A DNA stretch of 32,000 bases from Vibrio vulnificus CMCP6 (GTDB taxonomy: Bacteria > Pseudomonadota > Gammaproteobacteria > Enterobacterales > Vibrionaceae), in contig NC_004459.3 in assembly GCF_000039765.1 (NCBI RefSeq), positions 1,470,001-1,502,000 on the forward strand. The letters run 5' to 3'. The notes beneath the pieces are model-generated. The model made no database searches and was not told where the DNA came from. It saw only the letters and a program-made list of their open reading frames with translations. The stretch's first letter is position 1, and the number at the start of each line of letters is the position of its first letter. Position numbers and translations under genes: made by a program. Positions 21,398 to 31,452 of this stretch are shown in pieces.

Positions 21398-21562
21398 GAC
21401 ATGCTCTGTGTTCTATTATTTGTAGGCAAAATTGCACCACAGATTGTGGTGAAAGTACAACCGACAAAGTGTGGGGATAATGGTTTTTATTGATAACACT
21501 TGCACCAAAGAAAATTCTTTGGATAATCCCCGCTTTGATTAATCAATGTGCAGGCAGAATCC

Positions 21563-22282
21563 ATGAGTGAAGTCACCACTAACGAATACAATGAAGACGG
21601 CAAGCTGATCCGCAAAATCCGCAGTTTTGTTCGTCGCGAAGGCCGTTTAACCAAAGGTCAAGAAAATGCGATGAAAGAGTGCTGGCCAACAATGGGTATC
21701 GATTACCAAAAGCAACTTCTTGATTGGAAAGAGGTATTTGGTAACGATAATCCTGTCGTGCTTGAAATTGGCTTTGGTATGGGCGCTTCTTTGGTTGAAA
21801 TGGCGAAAAATGCCCCTGAAAAGAACTTCTTTGGTATTGAAGTGCACAGCCCTGGCGTTGGTGCGTGTCTGTCAGACGCTCGTGAAGCGGGCATCAGCAA
21901 TCTGCGTGTGATGTGTCATGATGCGGTTGAAGTGTTTGAGCACATGATTCCGAACGACAGCCTAGCCACTTTGCAATTGTTCTTCCCAGACCCATGGCAC
22001 AAAAAGCGCCATCACAAGCGTCGTATTGTACAGCTTGAGTTTGCGGAAATGGTTCGTCAAAAGCTGATCCCGAATGAAGGTATCTTCCATATGGCGACGG
22101 ATTGGGAAAACTACGCTGAGCACATGATTGAAATCATGAACCAAGCGCCAGGTTACCGCAACATTGCCGAAGCAGGTGATTATATTCCACGCCCTGAAGA
22201 GCGTCCGCTGACCAAATTCGAAGCGCGTGGCCATCGTCTCGGCCACGGTGTGTGGGATATTAAATTTAAGCGAGTGAGCTAA
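21563..22282 (+). CDS. trmB: tRNA (guanine46-N7)-methyltransferase
   Basis: [19 protein letters not shown]-binding motif and [14 protein letters not shown]. The ATG at 21563 gives 239 aa, so I prefer it to the GTG at 21548. Confidence 0.9.
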   Translation: MSEVTTNEYNEDGKLIRKIRSFVRREGRLTKGQENAMKECWPTMGIDYQKQLLDWKEVFGNDNPVVLEIGFGMGASLVEMAKNAPEKNFFGIEVHSPGVGACLSDAREAGISNLRVMCHDAVEVFEHMIPNDSLATLQLFFPDPWHKKRHHKRRIVQLEFAEMVRQKLIPNEGIFHMATDWENYAEHMIEIMNQAPGYRNIAEAGDYIPRPEERPLTKFEARGHRLGHGVWDIKFKRVS

Positions 22283-22339
22283 TCGCGGATTTATTGTTTG
22301 ACTGGTTTTTATAAAATCAGCACACTGCGAAAAAGAAGA

Positions 22340-22367
22340 GCCAACATTGAGAAATGTTGGCTTTTTT
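22340..22367 (+). terminator. trmB rho-independent terminator (GCCAACATT-gaga-AATGTTGGC-T6)
   Basis: A perfect 9-bp stem plus T6. Confidence 0.8.
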
Positions 22368-22408
22368 GACCCTACAATAAACACAATAATGGTTTGGTAA
22401 AGTCTGTC

Positions 22409-23329
22409 ATGAAGCCAACAAAAGAACTGCTCAACGAAATTTTGCATGAAGTTCGCCCTTTGATTGGGCGTGGGAAAGTCGCCAACTATATTCCTGCTTT
22501 GGCCAGAGTGCCGGCGCATAAGCTTGCTATCGCGGTGTACACCAATCAAGGTGAGGTGATCAAAGCGGGAGATGCCGATGAGGCGTTCTCGATTCAATCC
22601 ATTTCTAAGGCGCTGAGTTTAACTCTCGCCATGGGCCTGTATCAGCCGGACGAAATTTGGCGTCGAGTGGGCAAGGAGCCTTCTGGACAGGCGTTTAACT
22701 CGCTGATTCAGTTAGAAATGGAGCAGGGGATTCCGCGCAACCCGTTCATTAATGCGGGGGCGATTGTGGTGGCCGATCTGCTGGCCAGCCGTTTATCTGC
22801 GCCACGCCAGCGTTTGCTGGAATTTGTCCGCCAGCTTTCTGGTGAAACGCATATCTGTTACGACAAAGTGGTGGCGGCCTCTGAAATGATGCACAGCGAC
22901 CGCAATGCGGCCATTGCCTATCTGATGCGCTCATTTGGCAATTTTGAGAACGAAGTGATCCCGGTGTTGAACAACTACTTCCATGCTTGCGCATTGAAAA
23001 TGAGTTGTGTCGATTTGGCTAAGACCTTTAGTTATTTAGCGAACAAAGGCGTGTCGGTACACACAGACCAACGCGTTATTAGCCCAGTGCAAACTAAACA
23101 GCTCAATGCCTTATTGGCAACCTGTGGCTTGTACGATGGGGCGGGGGAGTTTGCGTATCGCGTGGGAATGCCGGGCAAATCGGGCGTGGGCGGCGGGATC
23201 ATCGCCATCGTGCCGGGGGAAATGACCATTGCGGTTTGGTCACCAGAGTTAGACCCGTCAGGAAACTCGTTAGCGGGCACGAAAGCGCTAGAGTTGCTTT
23301 CTGAGCGAATTGGGCGTTCGATTTTTTAA
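22409..23329 (+). CDS. glsA: Glutaminase
   Basis: [17 protein letters not shown] (Ser-x-x-Lys) and GKSGVGGGI motifs. I prefer the ATG at 22409 to the TTG at 22394. Confidence 0.9.
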   Translation: MKPTKELLNEILHEVRPLIGRGKVANYIPALARVPAHKLAIAVYTNQGEVIKAGDADEAFSIQSISKALSLTLAMGLYQPDEIWRRVGKEPSGQAFNSLIQLEMEQGIPRNPFINAGAIVVADLLASRLSAPRQRLLEFVRQLSGETHICYDKVVAASEMMHSDRNAAIAYLMRSFGNFENEVIPVLNNYFHACALKMSCVDLAKTFSYLANKGVSVHTDQRVISPVQTKQLNALLATCGLYDGAGEFAYRVGMPGKSGVGGGIIAIVPGEMTIAVWSPELDPSGNSLAGTKALELLSERIGRSIF

Positions 23330-23382
23330 TACCCCAATCTTTCAGGATCCATGAGGGATAAGGGAAATCGCAAGGAGGCGAG

Positions 23383-24009
23383 ATGCCACACCAAACAAGC
23401 CAGCAAATTCATCAAGCGCTGCTGATGCAGTGCCAATCTTTTCCGTTTCTGTGTTCCGTGCTGGAGCGCAATGGCCCACGCACACTTGAGCGGCAACCGA
23501 CGTCGAGTTTTCTGCCTTACTTAAGCCGAGCGGTCGCCGGGCAGCAATTGTCGGTTAACGCAGCGAAGACCATCTGGCGACGTGTAGAGTCGTTGAGCGC
23601 AGAGAAGGGCTCTTTGCAACAGACGTTTGTTGATGAACACTATCAAGCACTGCGCGATTGCGGGTTATCGAATGCCAAAGTCAAAACCATTTTGGGCATC
23701 AATCAGGCCCTGATGGAAGGGGCGCTGGACAGTGCATTTTTGGCCAGTAATGATCCCCAGACGATTGTGAAGCAGTTAACGGGTTTATGGGGGATTGGGC
23801 CTTGGACGGCAGAGATGGCGCTGATGTTTTTCTTTGGCATGCCTGATGTCTGGTCTGCTGGTGATGCCGCTCTGATGCGTGGTCTCTCATCGTTGGCCGA
23901 AAAAGAAGGCGTTGATGCAGAAGCTATTTTATCCGCAGCCACGCCTTATCGTACCTATCTTGCTTTGCATATCTGGGAGATGCTGGATGCCGAACTGCTC
24001 TCCGAGTAG
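23383..24009 (+). CDS. HhH-GPD superfamily DNA glycosylase, AlkA-like (3-methyladenine DNA glycosylase II type)
   Basis: LTGLWGIGPWTAEMALMFFFGMPDVWSAGDAALMRG is a helix-hairpin-helix followed by the catalytic Asp. Confidence 0.75.
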   Translation: MPHQTSQQIHQALLMQCQSFPFLCSVLERNGPRTLERQPTSSFLPYLSRAVAGQQLSVNAAKTIWRRVESLSAEKGSLQQTFVDEHYQALRDCGLSNAKVKTILGINQALMEGALDSAFLASNDPQTIVKQLTGLWGIGPWTAEMALMFFFGMPDVWSAGDAALMRGLSSLAEKEGVDAEAILSAATPYRTYLALHIWEMLDAELLSE

Positions 24010-24010
24010 G

Positions 24011-25180
24011 TTACTCTTCAGCCATAAACGCTTCGAGCAAGTCGTTTAGGAACAGCTTACCTTTCTCTGTGATTTGCCAACTGGTTTCGTTGTCATTCAA
24101 ATAGCCCATCTCAACGGCCCATTGAATGGTTGTCTCGATAAAACTCAGTGGTAGCCCTGTTGTATCAATGAAATCTTGTTTAGGGCACGCTTCCATCAAT
24201 CTAAAGCGATTCATAAAGAACTCGAACGGACGATCGATCTCTTCGACCAACTGTTCGCTATCAAGATAGGGTTTGACCATATTTTGATGCGCCGCCAAGT
24301 AGCCCTTCGGGTGCTTAATTTTGGTGGTGCGAATGATGCGACCGTCAGCAAAGCTCAGTTTGCCGTGTGAGCCACAGCCAATCCCTAAGTAATCACCAAA
24401 ACGCCAGTAGTTAAGATTGTGCTGACATTGATAACCGGGTTTGCTGTAACCGGAAATCTCATACTGCACGTATCCCGCTTGTGTGAGTTTTTGATGACCT
24501 CGCTCAAAGATGTCCCACAACTGGTCGTCGTCGGGGAGAGCCGGCGGTTTGTAGTAGAACATGGTATTTGGCTCAATAGTGAGCTGATACCAAGAAAGAT
24601 GAGGCGGATTAAGTTCAATCGCTTTGTCCAGATCGGCCAGAGCTTGTTCGATGCTTTGATCGGGCAAACCGTGCATGAGATCGAGGTTAAAACTGTTCAA
24701 GCCAATTTGATGAGCCAGTTTCGCGGCGTTCACTGCTTCATCTTGGCCATGAATACGCCCCAAACGCTCAAGTTTTTGCTGCTCAAAACTTTGTACACCG
24801 ATGGAGATGCGCGTGACCCCTGCTTTGCGATAGCCCGCAAAGCGCTCAGCTTCGATGGTGCCGGGATTGGCTTCCATGGTGATCTCGATCGAAGGCGTAA
24901 AGGGAATGCGTTTTTCGATCCCTTGCAAAAGATCTCGAATGCCTTCTGCTGAGATGAGGCTTGGTGTGCCTCCACCGATAAAAATCGAGTGCAGTGGTCT
25001 TGGCGCGCGGTGAAGCTGATACTTTTCGATATCACGGTCAAGATCTTCCAGCAGCGCATTGATGTACATCTGCTCTGGGATCTGCTCTTTGAGCGCGTGA
25101 GAGTTGAAGTCGCAATAAGGGCACTTTTGTACACACCATGGGATGTGAACATACAAACTGAGTGCAGGGGGCGTTAACAT
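24011..25180 (-). CDS. hemW: Radical SAM heme chaperone HemW (YggW)
   Basis: YVHIPWCVQKCPYCDFNS carries the CxxxCxxC motif. The protein is 389 aa and sits next to rdgB. Confidence 0.9.
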   Translation of the reverse strand: MLTPPALSLYVHIPWCVQKCPYCDFNSHALKEQIPEQMYINALLEDLDRDIEKYQLHRAPRPLHSIFIGGGTPSLISAEGIRDLLQGIEKRIPFTPSIEITMEANPGTIEAERFAGYRKAGVTRISIGVQSFEQQKLERLGRIHGQDEAVNAAKLAHQIGLNSFNLDLMHGLPDQSIEQALADLDKAIELNPPHLSWYQLTIEPNTMFYYKPPALPDDDQLWDIFERGHQKLTQAGYVQYEISGYSKPGYQCQHNLNYWRFGDYLGIGCGSHGKLSFADGRIIRTTKIKHPKGYLAAHQNMVKPYLDSEQLVEEIDRPFEFFMNRFRLMEACPKQDFIDTTGLPLSFIETTIQWAVEMGYLNDNETSWQITEKGKLFLNDLLEAFMAEE

Positions 25181-25189
25181 GCGAGCACC

Positions 25190-25792
25190 TTACACCAAAG
25201 GTTGTTCACGTAGCGTAGCAAAAAGCTGTTTCAATGCTTTGCCACGATGAGAGAGTTGTTTCTTGCGCACAGGTTCAAGCTCGGCAGAAGCGCAGTTGTC
25301 TTCTGGGACGAAGAAGATTGGATCGTAGCCAAAGCCATTGTCACCGTGTGCTTGCGTTAAGATGCGGCCTTCCCATTTGCCGTGGCAGACAATGGGTGTC
25401 GGGTCGTTTTCGTGGCGCATCAACACCAACACACAATGGAAACGCGCGGTGCGTTGCGCTTCTGGCACACCTTCCATCGCTGTTAATAGCTTTTCTAAAT
25501 TCTCTTGATCTGAGGCTTTCTCTCCTGCGTAACGTGCAGAGTAAATCCCAGGAGCGCCCTGAAGAAAATCCACTTCTAAACCTGAATCATCCGCAATCGC
25601 TGCAAGCCCGGTCTCTTTAGCTGCGTGACGCGCCTTGATGATGGCATTTTCAATGAAAGTTGTGCCCGTTTCAGCCACTTCAGACACATTGAATTCGCTT
25701 TGTGCGACGACATCAAAACCGAAATCGGCAAGTAGGTCTGCCATTTCGCGAACTTTGCCTTGGTTACCTGTGGCTAATACGATCTTTTTCAT
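25190..25792 (-). CDS. rdgB: dITP/XTP pyrophosphatase (non-canonical purine NTPase)
   Basis: [17 protein letters not shown]...FGYDPIF. The ATG at 25792 gives 200 aa. The longer track ORF, starting at 25870, would overlap the upstream gene. Confidence 0.9.
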   Translation of the reverse strand: MKKIVLATGNQGKVREMADLLADFGFDVVAQSEFNVSEVAETGTTFIENAIIKARHAAKETGLAAIADDSGLEVDFLQGAPGIYSARYAGEKASDQENLEKLLTAMEGVPEAQRTARFHCVLVLMRHENDPTPIVCHGKWEGRILTQAHGDNGFGYDPIFFVPEDNCASAELEPVRKKQLSHRGKALKQLFATLREQPLV

Positions 25793-25802
25793 GGTGTTCT
25801 CG

Positions 25803-26234
25803 TTATTCTTCAACATAAAACTTTTGGGTAAATTTGAGTTTGCCTGCGCCTTTGATGCCTGCGTTGACATCCAGATCGAAGGTCAGGGTCTCTTCGTGGC
25901 TGATCGGCAACTCCGCTAAATAATAAATCGCGCTCCCTTCTTGGACACGCTTAAATTCCAGAGTACGAATTTGGCCGAGTAAATTCTTGGCTTGGCCGGA
26001 TATTGTGGCATCCAGTGCTGGTTTTCCTACACGGCTTTTGTCCAACACACTGATGTTGATAATGGCACTGTATTCGTTACGTTTTAGCCCATAGCTTCTC
26101 GCCACTTTGGCGGTTAAAAAGGTGGAATTGAATGCGATGTAATGCACTTCCGCATCTTTAATGGTTTTGAATTGTTCTGCCCATGTTGGTAGGGCCATCA
26201 GGCAACTCAGTAACGCAACCATCCATTTGTTCAT
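25803..26234 (-). CDS. DUF4426-family periplasmic protein
   Basis: Signal peptide [19 protein letters not shown], 143 aa, in a conserved position between yggU and rdgB in Vibrio and Pseudomonas. Confidence 0.7.
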   Translation of the reverse strand: MNKWMVALLSCLMALPTWAEQFKTIKDAEVHYIAFNSTFLTAKVARSYGLKRNEYSAIINISVLDKSRVGKPALDATISGQAKNLLGQIRTLEFKRVQEGSAIYYLAELPISHEETLTFDLDVNAGIKGAGKLKFTQKFYVEE

Positions 26235-26276
26235 TGTAGACTTCCTTACTCGTTATTGGCGGTAAACAAAAAGCCA

Positions 26277-26567
26277 TCACAAGATGGCTTTCACTTCGTC
26301 TGGTATTTGTTGTGGAGTGTGAACACGCACTTGTTTGTGCCGTCCGAGTTCTCCTTTTTCTATCGTGACCAGACTTTTAGCAACTTTAAACCACTTACCC
26401 AGTAACTTGGTTAAATGCCCATTTGCTTTCCCATCGACGGGGGGCGCGGTGATGGCAATTTTCAGTTCATCACCATGCAAGCCAAGGATTTTATCACGAC
26501 TTGCTTTGGGTTGGATGTAGAGACGAAGCACTACATCCTCACCATCAAGCCAAACCGTTTGGCTCAT
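26277..26567 (-). CDS. yggU: DUF167 protein YggU
   Basis: [36 protein letters not shown]. The ATG at 26567 overlaps the yggT stop (TAATG), which implies translational coupling. Confidence 0.85.
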   Translation of the reverse strand: MSQTVWLDGEDVVLRLYIQPKASRDKILGLHGDELKIAITAPPVDGKANGHLTKLLGKWFKVAKSLVTIEKGELGRHKQVRVHTPQQIPDEVKAIL

Positions 26568-27124
26568 TACAACTGATACCAAATCGGGCCAATCACATCG
26601 CCCATCAGGAAGTTGGCAAATTGCAGAGCGATGAACAGCACCAGCACGCTTAAGTCAAAGCCCCCCATGGCGGGCAAAATACGACGAATCGGTGCCAGCA
26701 TAGGTTCTGTTAATTGATGGAACACGTATTCGATAGGGCTGCGACCTTGGCTCACCCAGCTCAGAATCGCACGAATCAACAGTACCCAGAACAACAGACC
26801 ACCTGCGGCTTTCACCAGTGACAGTAGGCCAAGGTAGAGGAAATCGGCACTAAAGGTGACGGAACCACTAGACGCAATTAGGATCAGCGCAACAAACTTC
26901 AACACACATAAGACGTAGGCAAACAGCACAGTGGCGAGATCGATACTGCCAATCGATGGGATCACACGGCGCAGCGGGCCAATTACGGGTTGGGTTGCTT
27001 TGACGATAAACTGCGAAAATGGATTGTAAAAATCCGCACGCGCGGCTTGCAGCCAAATTCGTAAGATCACGACCATGATATAGAGATCAAACAGCGTCGA
27101 AATCAGAAAACTCATTGCATTCAT
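26567..27124 (-). CDS. yggT: YggT-family integral membrane protein
   Basis: 185 aa with two YGGT repeats of hydrophobic helices, in conserved proC-yggT-yggU order. Confidence 0.85.
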   Translation of the reverse strand: MNAMSFLISTLFDLYIMVVILRIWLQAARADFYNPFSQFIVKATQPVIGPLRRVIPSIGSIDLATVLFAYVLCVLKFVALILIASSGSVTFSADFLYLGLLSLVKAAGGLLFWVLLIRAILSWVSQGRSPIEYVFHQLTEPMLAPIRRILPAMGGFDLSVLVLFIALQFANFLMGDVIGPIWYQL

Positions 27125-27165
27125 AGATGCCCCTTAAAACGTAGAGCTGCTAAGCAGCCAGGTGA

Positions 27166-27984
27166 TTAAAACAGTTTTTCCATCTCTTGCGCGCGAGCCA
27201 CTGCCGCTTGCATGGCTTTGGCTACGATATCAGAGAGTTGATGTTCATTGAAAGTGCGCAATGCTTCGGCGGTGGTCCCTCCTTTCGAGGTGACGTTCTC
27301 GCGCAGAGTCGCCAGTTCGGTGTCTGGGTTTTCCACTACCATACTGGCCGCCCCCAATGCGGATTGCTGAACCAGCAAACGAGCGGTTTGTTTATCAAAC
27401 CCTTGCGCCATCGCTTCAGCTTGCATGGCTTCCATAAAGAGGAAGAAGTACGCTGGAGCACTGCCTGCCGCCGCAATAACGTGGTTAATGCCCGATTCTT
27501 CATCGACCCAGCAGGTTTTGCCGACCGCTTGCATTAACTGCTCGGCAAAGTGGCGATCTTGCTCGGCCACTGAGGCTGGCGCATATAAGCCGCTCATGCC
27601 TAACCCGAGTTGTGATGGGGTATTGGGCATGACGCGCACTAAGTTGAGTTGAGTGGCGAGCATGTCATTTAATCGTGCGCAATTGATGCCTGCGGCAATC
27701 GAAATAACCAGCTTATTGGAGAAATCGACGGATTGCAGCGGTTTGCACACTTCTTCCATCATTTGCGGTTTGACAGAAAGGACGATCACGTCTGCTTGCG
27801 TTGCTGCCATGAGATTATCGCTGGTGGTCTGAATGCCAAACTGCTGCTCAAGGGGTAAACGACGCGTCTCGCTGGGTGCGGTGGCGGTGATTTTATCGGC
27901 AGGGTAACCGTTCGCCACTAAGCCAGAGACAATGGCTCTCACCATATTGCCAGCACCGATAAAAGCGATGTTCTTATGTTCCAT
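27166..27984 (-). CDS. proC: Pyrroline-5-carboxylate reductase
   Basis: IAFIGAGNMVRAI Rossmann motif and the C-terminal motif VTSKGGTTAEAL. Confidence 0.93.
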   Translation of the reverse strand: MEHKNIAFIGAGNMVRAIVSGLVANGYPADKITATAPSETRRLPLEQQFGIQTTSDNLMAATQADVIVLSVKPQMMEEVCKPLQSVDFSNKLVISIAAGINCARLNDMLATQLNLVRVMPNTPSQLGLGMSGLYAPASVAEQDRHFAEQLMQAVGKTCWVDEESGINHVIAAAGSAPAYFFLFMEAMQAEAMAQGFDKQTARLLVQQSALGAASMVVENPDTELATLRENVTSKGGTTAEALRTFNEHQLSDIVAKAMQAAVARAQEMEKLF

Positions 27985-28018
27985 ATTTCTGTTCCGCTAG
28001 TAAGTAAAAGTCGCCGAG

Positions 28019-28729
28019 TTACGCTTTGTTGCTGTAATCGCGATGGCCAAAAATGGCGGTGCCAATACGCACCATGGTTGAACCTGATTCGATGGCGGCA
28101 TCCATGTCGCCACTCATGCCCATCGATAAAGTGTCCACGCTTGGATAGCGTTGAACCAAGCGTTGTTGTAGCTCAGCAAGCGGTTGGAATGCAGCCAACT
28201 GAGAAGCGTGGTCATCGACGTTTTCAGGGATTGACATCAACCCTCTTAACGTGAGGTTCGGGAGGGTAGAAATCAACTCAGCAAGTGCAAATATTTCCTC
28301 ACCGGATACGCCTGACTTAGAGGCTTCGCCGCTGGTGTTCACTTGGATCAGCACTTGCAGCGGAGGGAGCTCGGCTGGGCGTTGATCATTTAAACGTTGA
28401 GCGATTTTGTCACGATCAATGGTATGTACCCACGCAAAGTGCTCCGCCACTAAGCGACTTTTATTCGATTGAATGGGGCCGATAAAATGCCACTCGATGG
28501 ATTTCTCAGGGTGTTGCTCGGCAAAAAATCGGACTTTTTCTACGCCTTCTTGCACGTAGTTCTCACCAAAAGCCCTTTGACCTGCATGATAGGCTTCGAG
28601 AATCGCCTCGACAGGTTTGGTTTTACTGACCGCTAAAAGTTGCACTGAGTCTCGAGCTCGTCCACACTTTTGCGTAGAGTCGTGAATCTGTGTGGTGATA
28701 TGTTCAATGTTTTGTTGAATACTGTTCAT
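28019..28729 (-). CDS. yggS: PLP-homeostasis protein YggS (COG0325)
   Basis: LLAVSKTKP carries the PLP-binding Lys, followed by FGENYVQEG. It is collinear with E. coli YggS. Confidence 0.92.
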   Translation of the reverse strand: MNSIQQNIEHITTQIHDSTQKCGRARDSVQLLAVSKTKPVEAILEAYHAGQRAFGENYVQEGVEKVRFFAEQHPEKSIEWHFIGPIQSNKSRLVAEHFAWVHTIDRDKIAQRLNDQRPAELPPLQVLIQVNTSGEASKSGVSGEEIFALAELISTLPNLTLRGLMSIPENVDDHASQLAAFQPLAELQQRLVQRYPSVDTLSMGMSGDMDAAIESGSTMVRIGTAIFGHRDYSNKA

Positions 28730-28753
28730 CGCAAGTCTTTTAAGGGAAAAATA

Positions 28754-29791
28754 ATGGATATCACTGAGTTACTGGATTTTAGTGTAAAACATAACGCATC
28801 AGATCTACATCTTTCTGCGGGTGTGCCTCCTATGGTACGCATAGATGGCGATGTAAGAAAGCTCGGTGTGCCCGCATTTAATCATGCTGATGTGCATCGT
28901 TTGGTTTTTGAGATCATGAACGATTCACAGCGCAGTGAGTTTGAAGAGAAGTTGGAAGTCGATTTTTCCTTTGAATTGCCTAACGTAGGTCGTTTTCGTG
29001 TTAACGCCTTCAACCAATCTCGCGGCTGCTCTGCGGTGTTTCGTACCATTCCAACCAATATCCCAACCTTGGAAGAGCTTGAGTGTCCGCAAATTTTTGA
29101 AAAAATTGCGAAGTGTGAAAAGGGCTTGGTGTTGGTCACCGGGCCGACAGGTTCGGGTAAATCGACCACGTTAGCGGCGATGGTGGATTACATTAACCGC
29201 AACTACAACAAACACATCCTGACCATTGAAGATCCGATTGAATTTGTTCACCAAAATCAGAAATGTTTGATTAACCAACGCGAAGTTCATCGCGACACCC
29301 ACAGTTTTAAAAATGCCCTGCGCAGCGCATTGCGTGAGGACCCAGACGTTATCTTGGTGGGTGAGTTACGTGACCAAGAGACCATCAGCCTAGCGCTTAC
29401 CGCGGCAGAAACGGGTCACTTGGTGTTTGGTACGTTGCACACCAGTAGTGCAGCAAAAACCATTGACCGTATTATCGATGTGTTCCCTGGCAGTGACAAA
29501 GACATGGTGCGCTCAATGCTTTCTGAATCATTGCGCGCCGTTATCGCACAGAAATTGCTGAAACGCATTGGCGGTGGGCGAGTGGCGTGTCATGAGATCA
29601 TGATGGCAACGCCAGCCATTCGTAACTTGATCCGTGAAGACAAAGTGGCACAAATGTACTCCATTATCCAAACGGGGGCTGCGCACGGCATGCAGACGAT
29701 GGAACAGAATGCGCGTCAGTTGATTGCACAGGGCAAAGTGGCCAAAGAAGAAGTCGACGCCAAAATTGAGATTGAAACTATCCAGTTTTAA
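28754..29791 (+). CDS. pilT: Type IV pilus retraction ATPase PilT
   Basis: MDITELLDFSVKHNASDLHLSAGVPPMVRIDGD, Walker A GPTGSGKST, and an AIRNLIRE motif. The ATG at 28754 follows an AAGGGA RBS. The track ORF start at 28670 overlaps yggS. Confidence 0.93.
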   Translation: MDITELLDFSVKHNASDLHLSAGVPPMVRIDGDVRKLGVPAFNHADVHRLVFEIMNDSQRSEFEEKLEVDFSFELPNVGRFRVNAFNQSRGCSAVFRTIPTNIPTLEELECPQIFEKIAKCEKGLVLVTGPTGSGKSTTLAAMVDYINRNYNKHILTIEDPIEFVHQNQKCLINQREVHRDTHSFKNALRSALREDPDVILVGELRDQETISLALTAAETGHLVFGTLHTSSAAKTIDRIIDVFPGSDKDMVRSMLSESLRAVIAQKLLKRIGGGRVACHEIMMATPAIRNLIREDKVAQMYSIIQTGAAHGMQTMEQNARQLIAQGKVAKEEVDAKIEIETIQF

Positions 29792-29803
29792 CTGAGGTCT
29801 GCA

Positions 29804-30916
29804 ATGAGCATGGATTTAAACAAGATTTTAGAAGGGATGATCACGCTTAAAGCGTCGGATCTTTATATCACGGTTGGTGCCCCCGTGCTGTTTCGTGTCG
29901 ATGGCGAGCTGCGCCCGCAAGGCGAAAAATTATCGCAAATTGAAGTCGCTCAACTGCTGGATGGGGCGATGGACGAAGAGCGGCGCGCTGACTTTCGCAA
30001 AAGCCGCGAGTCAAACTTTGCCATTGTGCGAGATTCGGGGCGTTTTCGTGTCAGTGCCTTCTACCAACGAGAGCTTCCTGGTGCGGTGATTCGCCGCATT
30101 GAAACCAACATTCCAACCTTTGAGGAACTTAAGCTGCCTCATGTTTTGCAAGACTTAGCGATTGCCAAACGTGGATTGGTGCTGGTGGTGGGCGCGACGG
30201 GCTCTGGTAAATCGACCACCATGGCTGCGATGACGGGATATCGAAATACCCACCGTAGTGGACACATTTTGACGGTGGAAGATCCGATTGAATTTGTCCA
30301 CGAACATAAACGCTGTATTGTCACCCAGCGTGAAGTCGGTTTGGATACGGAAAGCTATGAAGTCGCACTAAAGAACTCGCTGCGTCAAGCGCCAGATATG
30401 ATTCTAATTGGTGAGATTCGCAGTCGGGAAACCATGGAATACGCCATGACCTTTGCTGAAACGGGTCACTTGTGTATGGCGACACTGCATGCCAATAACG
30501 CCAACCAAGCACTGGAGCGCATCTTACACTTGGTGCCTAAAGAACAAAAAGAGCAGTTTTTGTTTGACCTTTCCATGAACTTAAAAGGGGTAGTTGGTCA
30601 GCAGTTGATTCGTGATAAAAATGGTAAAGGTCGTCACGGTGTGTTCGAGGTGTTACTTAACAGTCCGCGCGTGTCGGATTTGATCCGTCGTGGCGATTTG
30701 CATGAGCTGAAAATGACTATGGCGAAGTCGAAAGAAGTCGGTATGCAGACCTTTGACCAATCACTCTATACATTAGTAGTGGAAGGCAAAATCAGCGAAG
30801 AAGACGCCATGCACAGTGCCGATTCCGCCAACGATTTACGTTTGATGCTGAAGACGCAGCGAGGTGATATTAGTTCCCCCGGCTCATTGGCGAACGTGAA
30901 GATTGATATGGATTAG
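29804..30916 (+). CDS. pilU: PilT-paralogous type IV pilus ATPase PilU
   Basis: 370 aa with Walker A GATGSGKST, located immediately downstream of pilT. Confidence 0.9.
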   Translation: MSMDLNKILEGMITLKASDLYITVGAPVLFRVDGELRPQGEKLSQIEVAQLLDGAMDEERRADFRKSRESNFAIVRDSGRFRVSAFYQRELPGAVIRRIETNIPTFEELKLPHVLQDLAIAKRGLVLVVGATGSGKSTTMAAMTGYRNTHRSGHILTVEDPIEFVHEHKRCIVTQREVGLDTESYEVALKNSLRQAPDMILIGEIRSRETMEYAMTFAETGHLCMATLHANNANQALERILHLVPKEQKEQFLFDLSMNLKGVVGQQLIRDKNGKGRHGVFEVLLNSPRVSDLIRRGDLHELKMTMAKSKEVGMQTFDQSLYTLVVEGKISEEDAMHSADSANDLRLMLKTQRGDISSPGSLANVKIDMD

Positions 30917-30943
30917 TTCGACAGTGCTAAAACACCATGAAAA

Positions 30944-30970
30944 AACGAGAGACTAGAAGTCTCTCGTTTT
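30944..30970. terminator. Bidirectional terminator between pilU and ruvX (AACGAGAGAC-tagaa-GTCTCTCGTT, A-run upstream and T-run downstream)
   Basis: A perfect 10-bp stem flanked by A5 and T4. Confidence 0.7.
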
Positions 30971-31008
30971 GTGTTTAGGGAGTGCGAAGGTGAAGAGTCT
31001 TCTGTGAG

Positions 31009-31431
31009 TTAGCCCCACTGAGCTTCAAACCAACTCTCTAAAATAATCACCGCAGATTGGCAATCAACATTACCTTTGCTCAAAGCTTTGTAACCGCCCA
31101 TAGAGAACAGCTCAGAACGCGCTTCTGTAGTCGATAGGCGTTCATCATGCAATTCAACCGGAAGACCAAAGCGCCCTTGTAGGCGCTGAGCAAACTTCTT
31201 CGCGCGTGGGGTAATGGTTTCTAAGGCCTTGCCGTGCAAATCTGTCGGCAGTCCCACCACCAATAAATTGGGTTGCCACTCTTTGATTTGCTTTTCAATC
31301 TCATCCCAATTTGGAATGCCGTCATTGGCTTTGAAAGCCTTCAGTGGTGATGCGGTGCCAGTAATTTCTTGGCCGATGGCACTACCAATGCTTTTGGTGC
31401 CAAAATCGAATGCCATGATGGTGCGAGACAT
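31009..31431 (-). CDS. ruvX: Holliday-junction-resolvase-like pre-16S rRNA nuclease YqgF
   Basis: [20 protein letters not shown]... with a RuvC-like fold signature, 140 aa. Confidence 0.9.
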   Translation of the reverse strand: MSRTIMAFDFGTKSIGSAIGQEITGTASPLKAFKANDGIPNWDEIEKQIKEWQPNLLVVGLPTDLHGKALETITPRAKKFAQRLQGRFGLPVELHDERLSTTEARSELFSMGGYKALSKGNVDCQSAVIILESWFEAQWG

Positions 31432-31452
31432 AAATAACCTAAGTCAAACGGG

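Noticed and set aside
21962-22597. A 211-aa minus-strand ORF spanning the trmB 3' end, its terminator and the glsA 5' end.
   Set aside because: It runs antisense across two well-supported genes and through a strong terminator hairpin. The translation is low-complexity with no recognisable domain.
24176-25177. ORFs of 62-177 aa on both strands inside hemW, for example 24419-24952 and 24730-25152.
   Set aside because: They are nested within or antisense to the radical-SAM HemW frame, which carries the CxxxCxxC motif, and have no independent signals.
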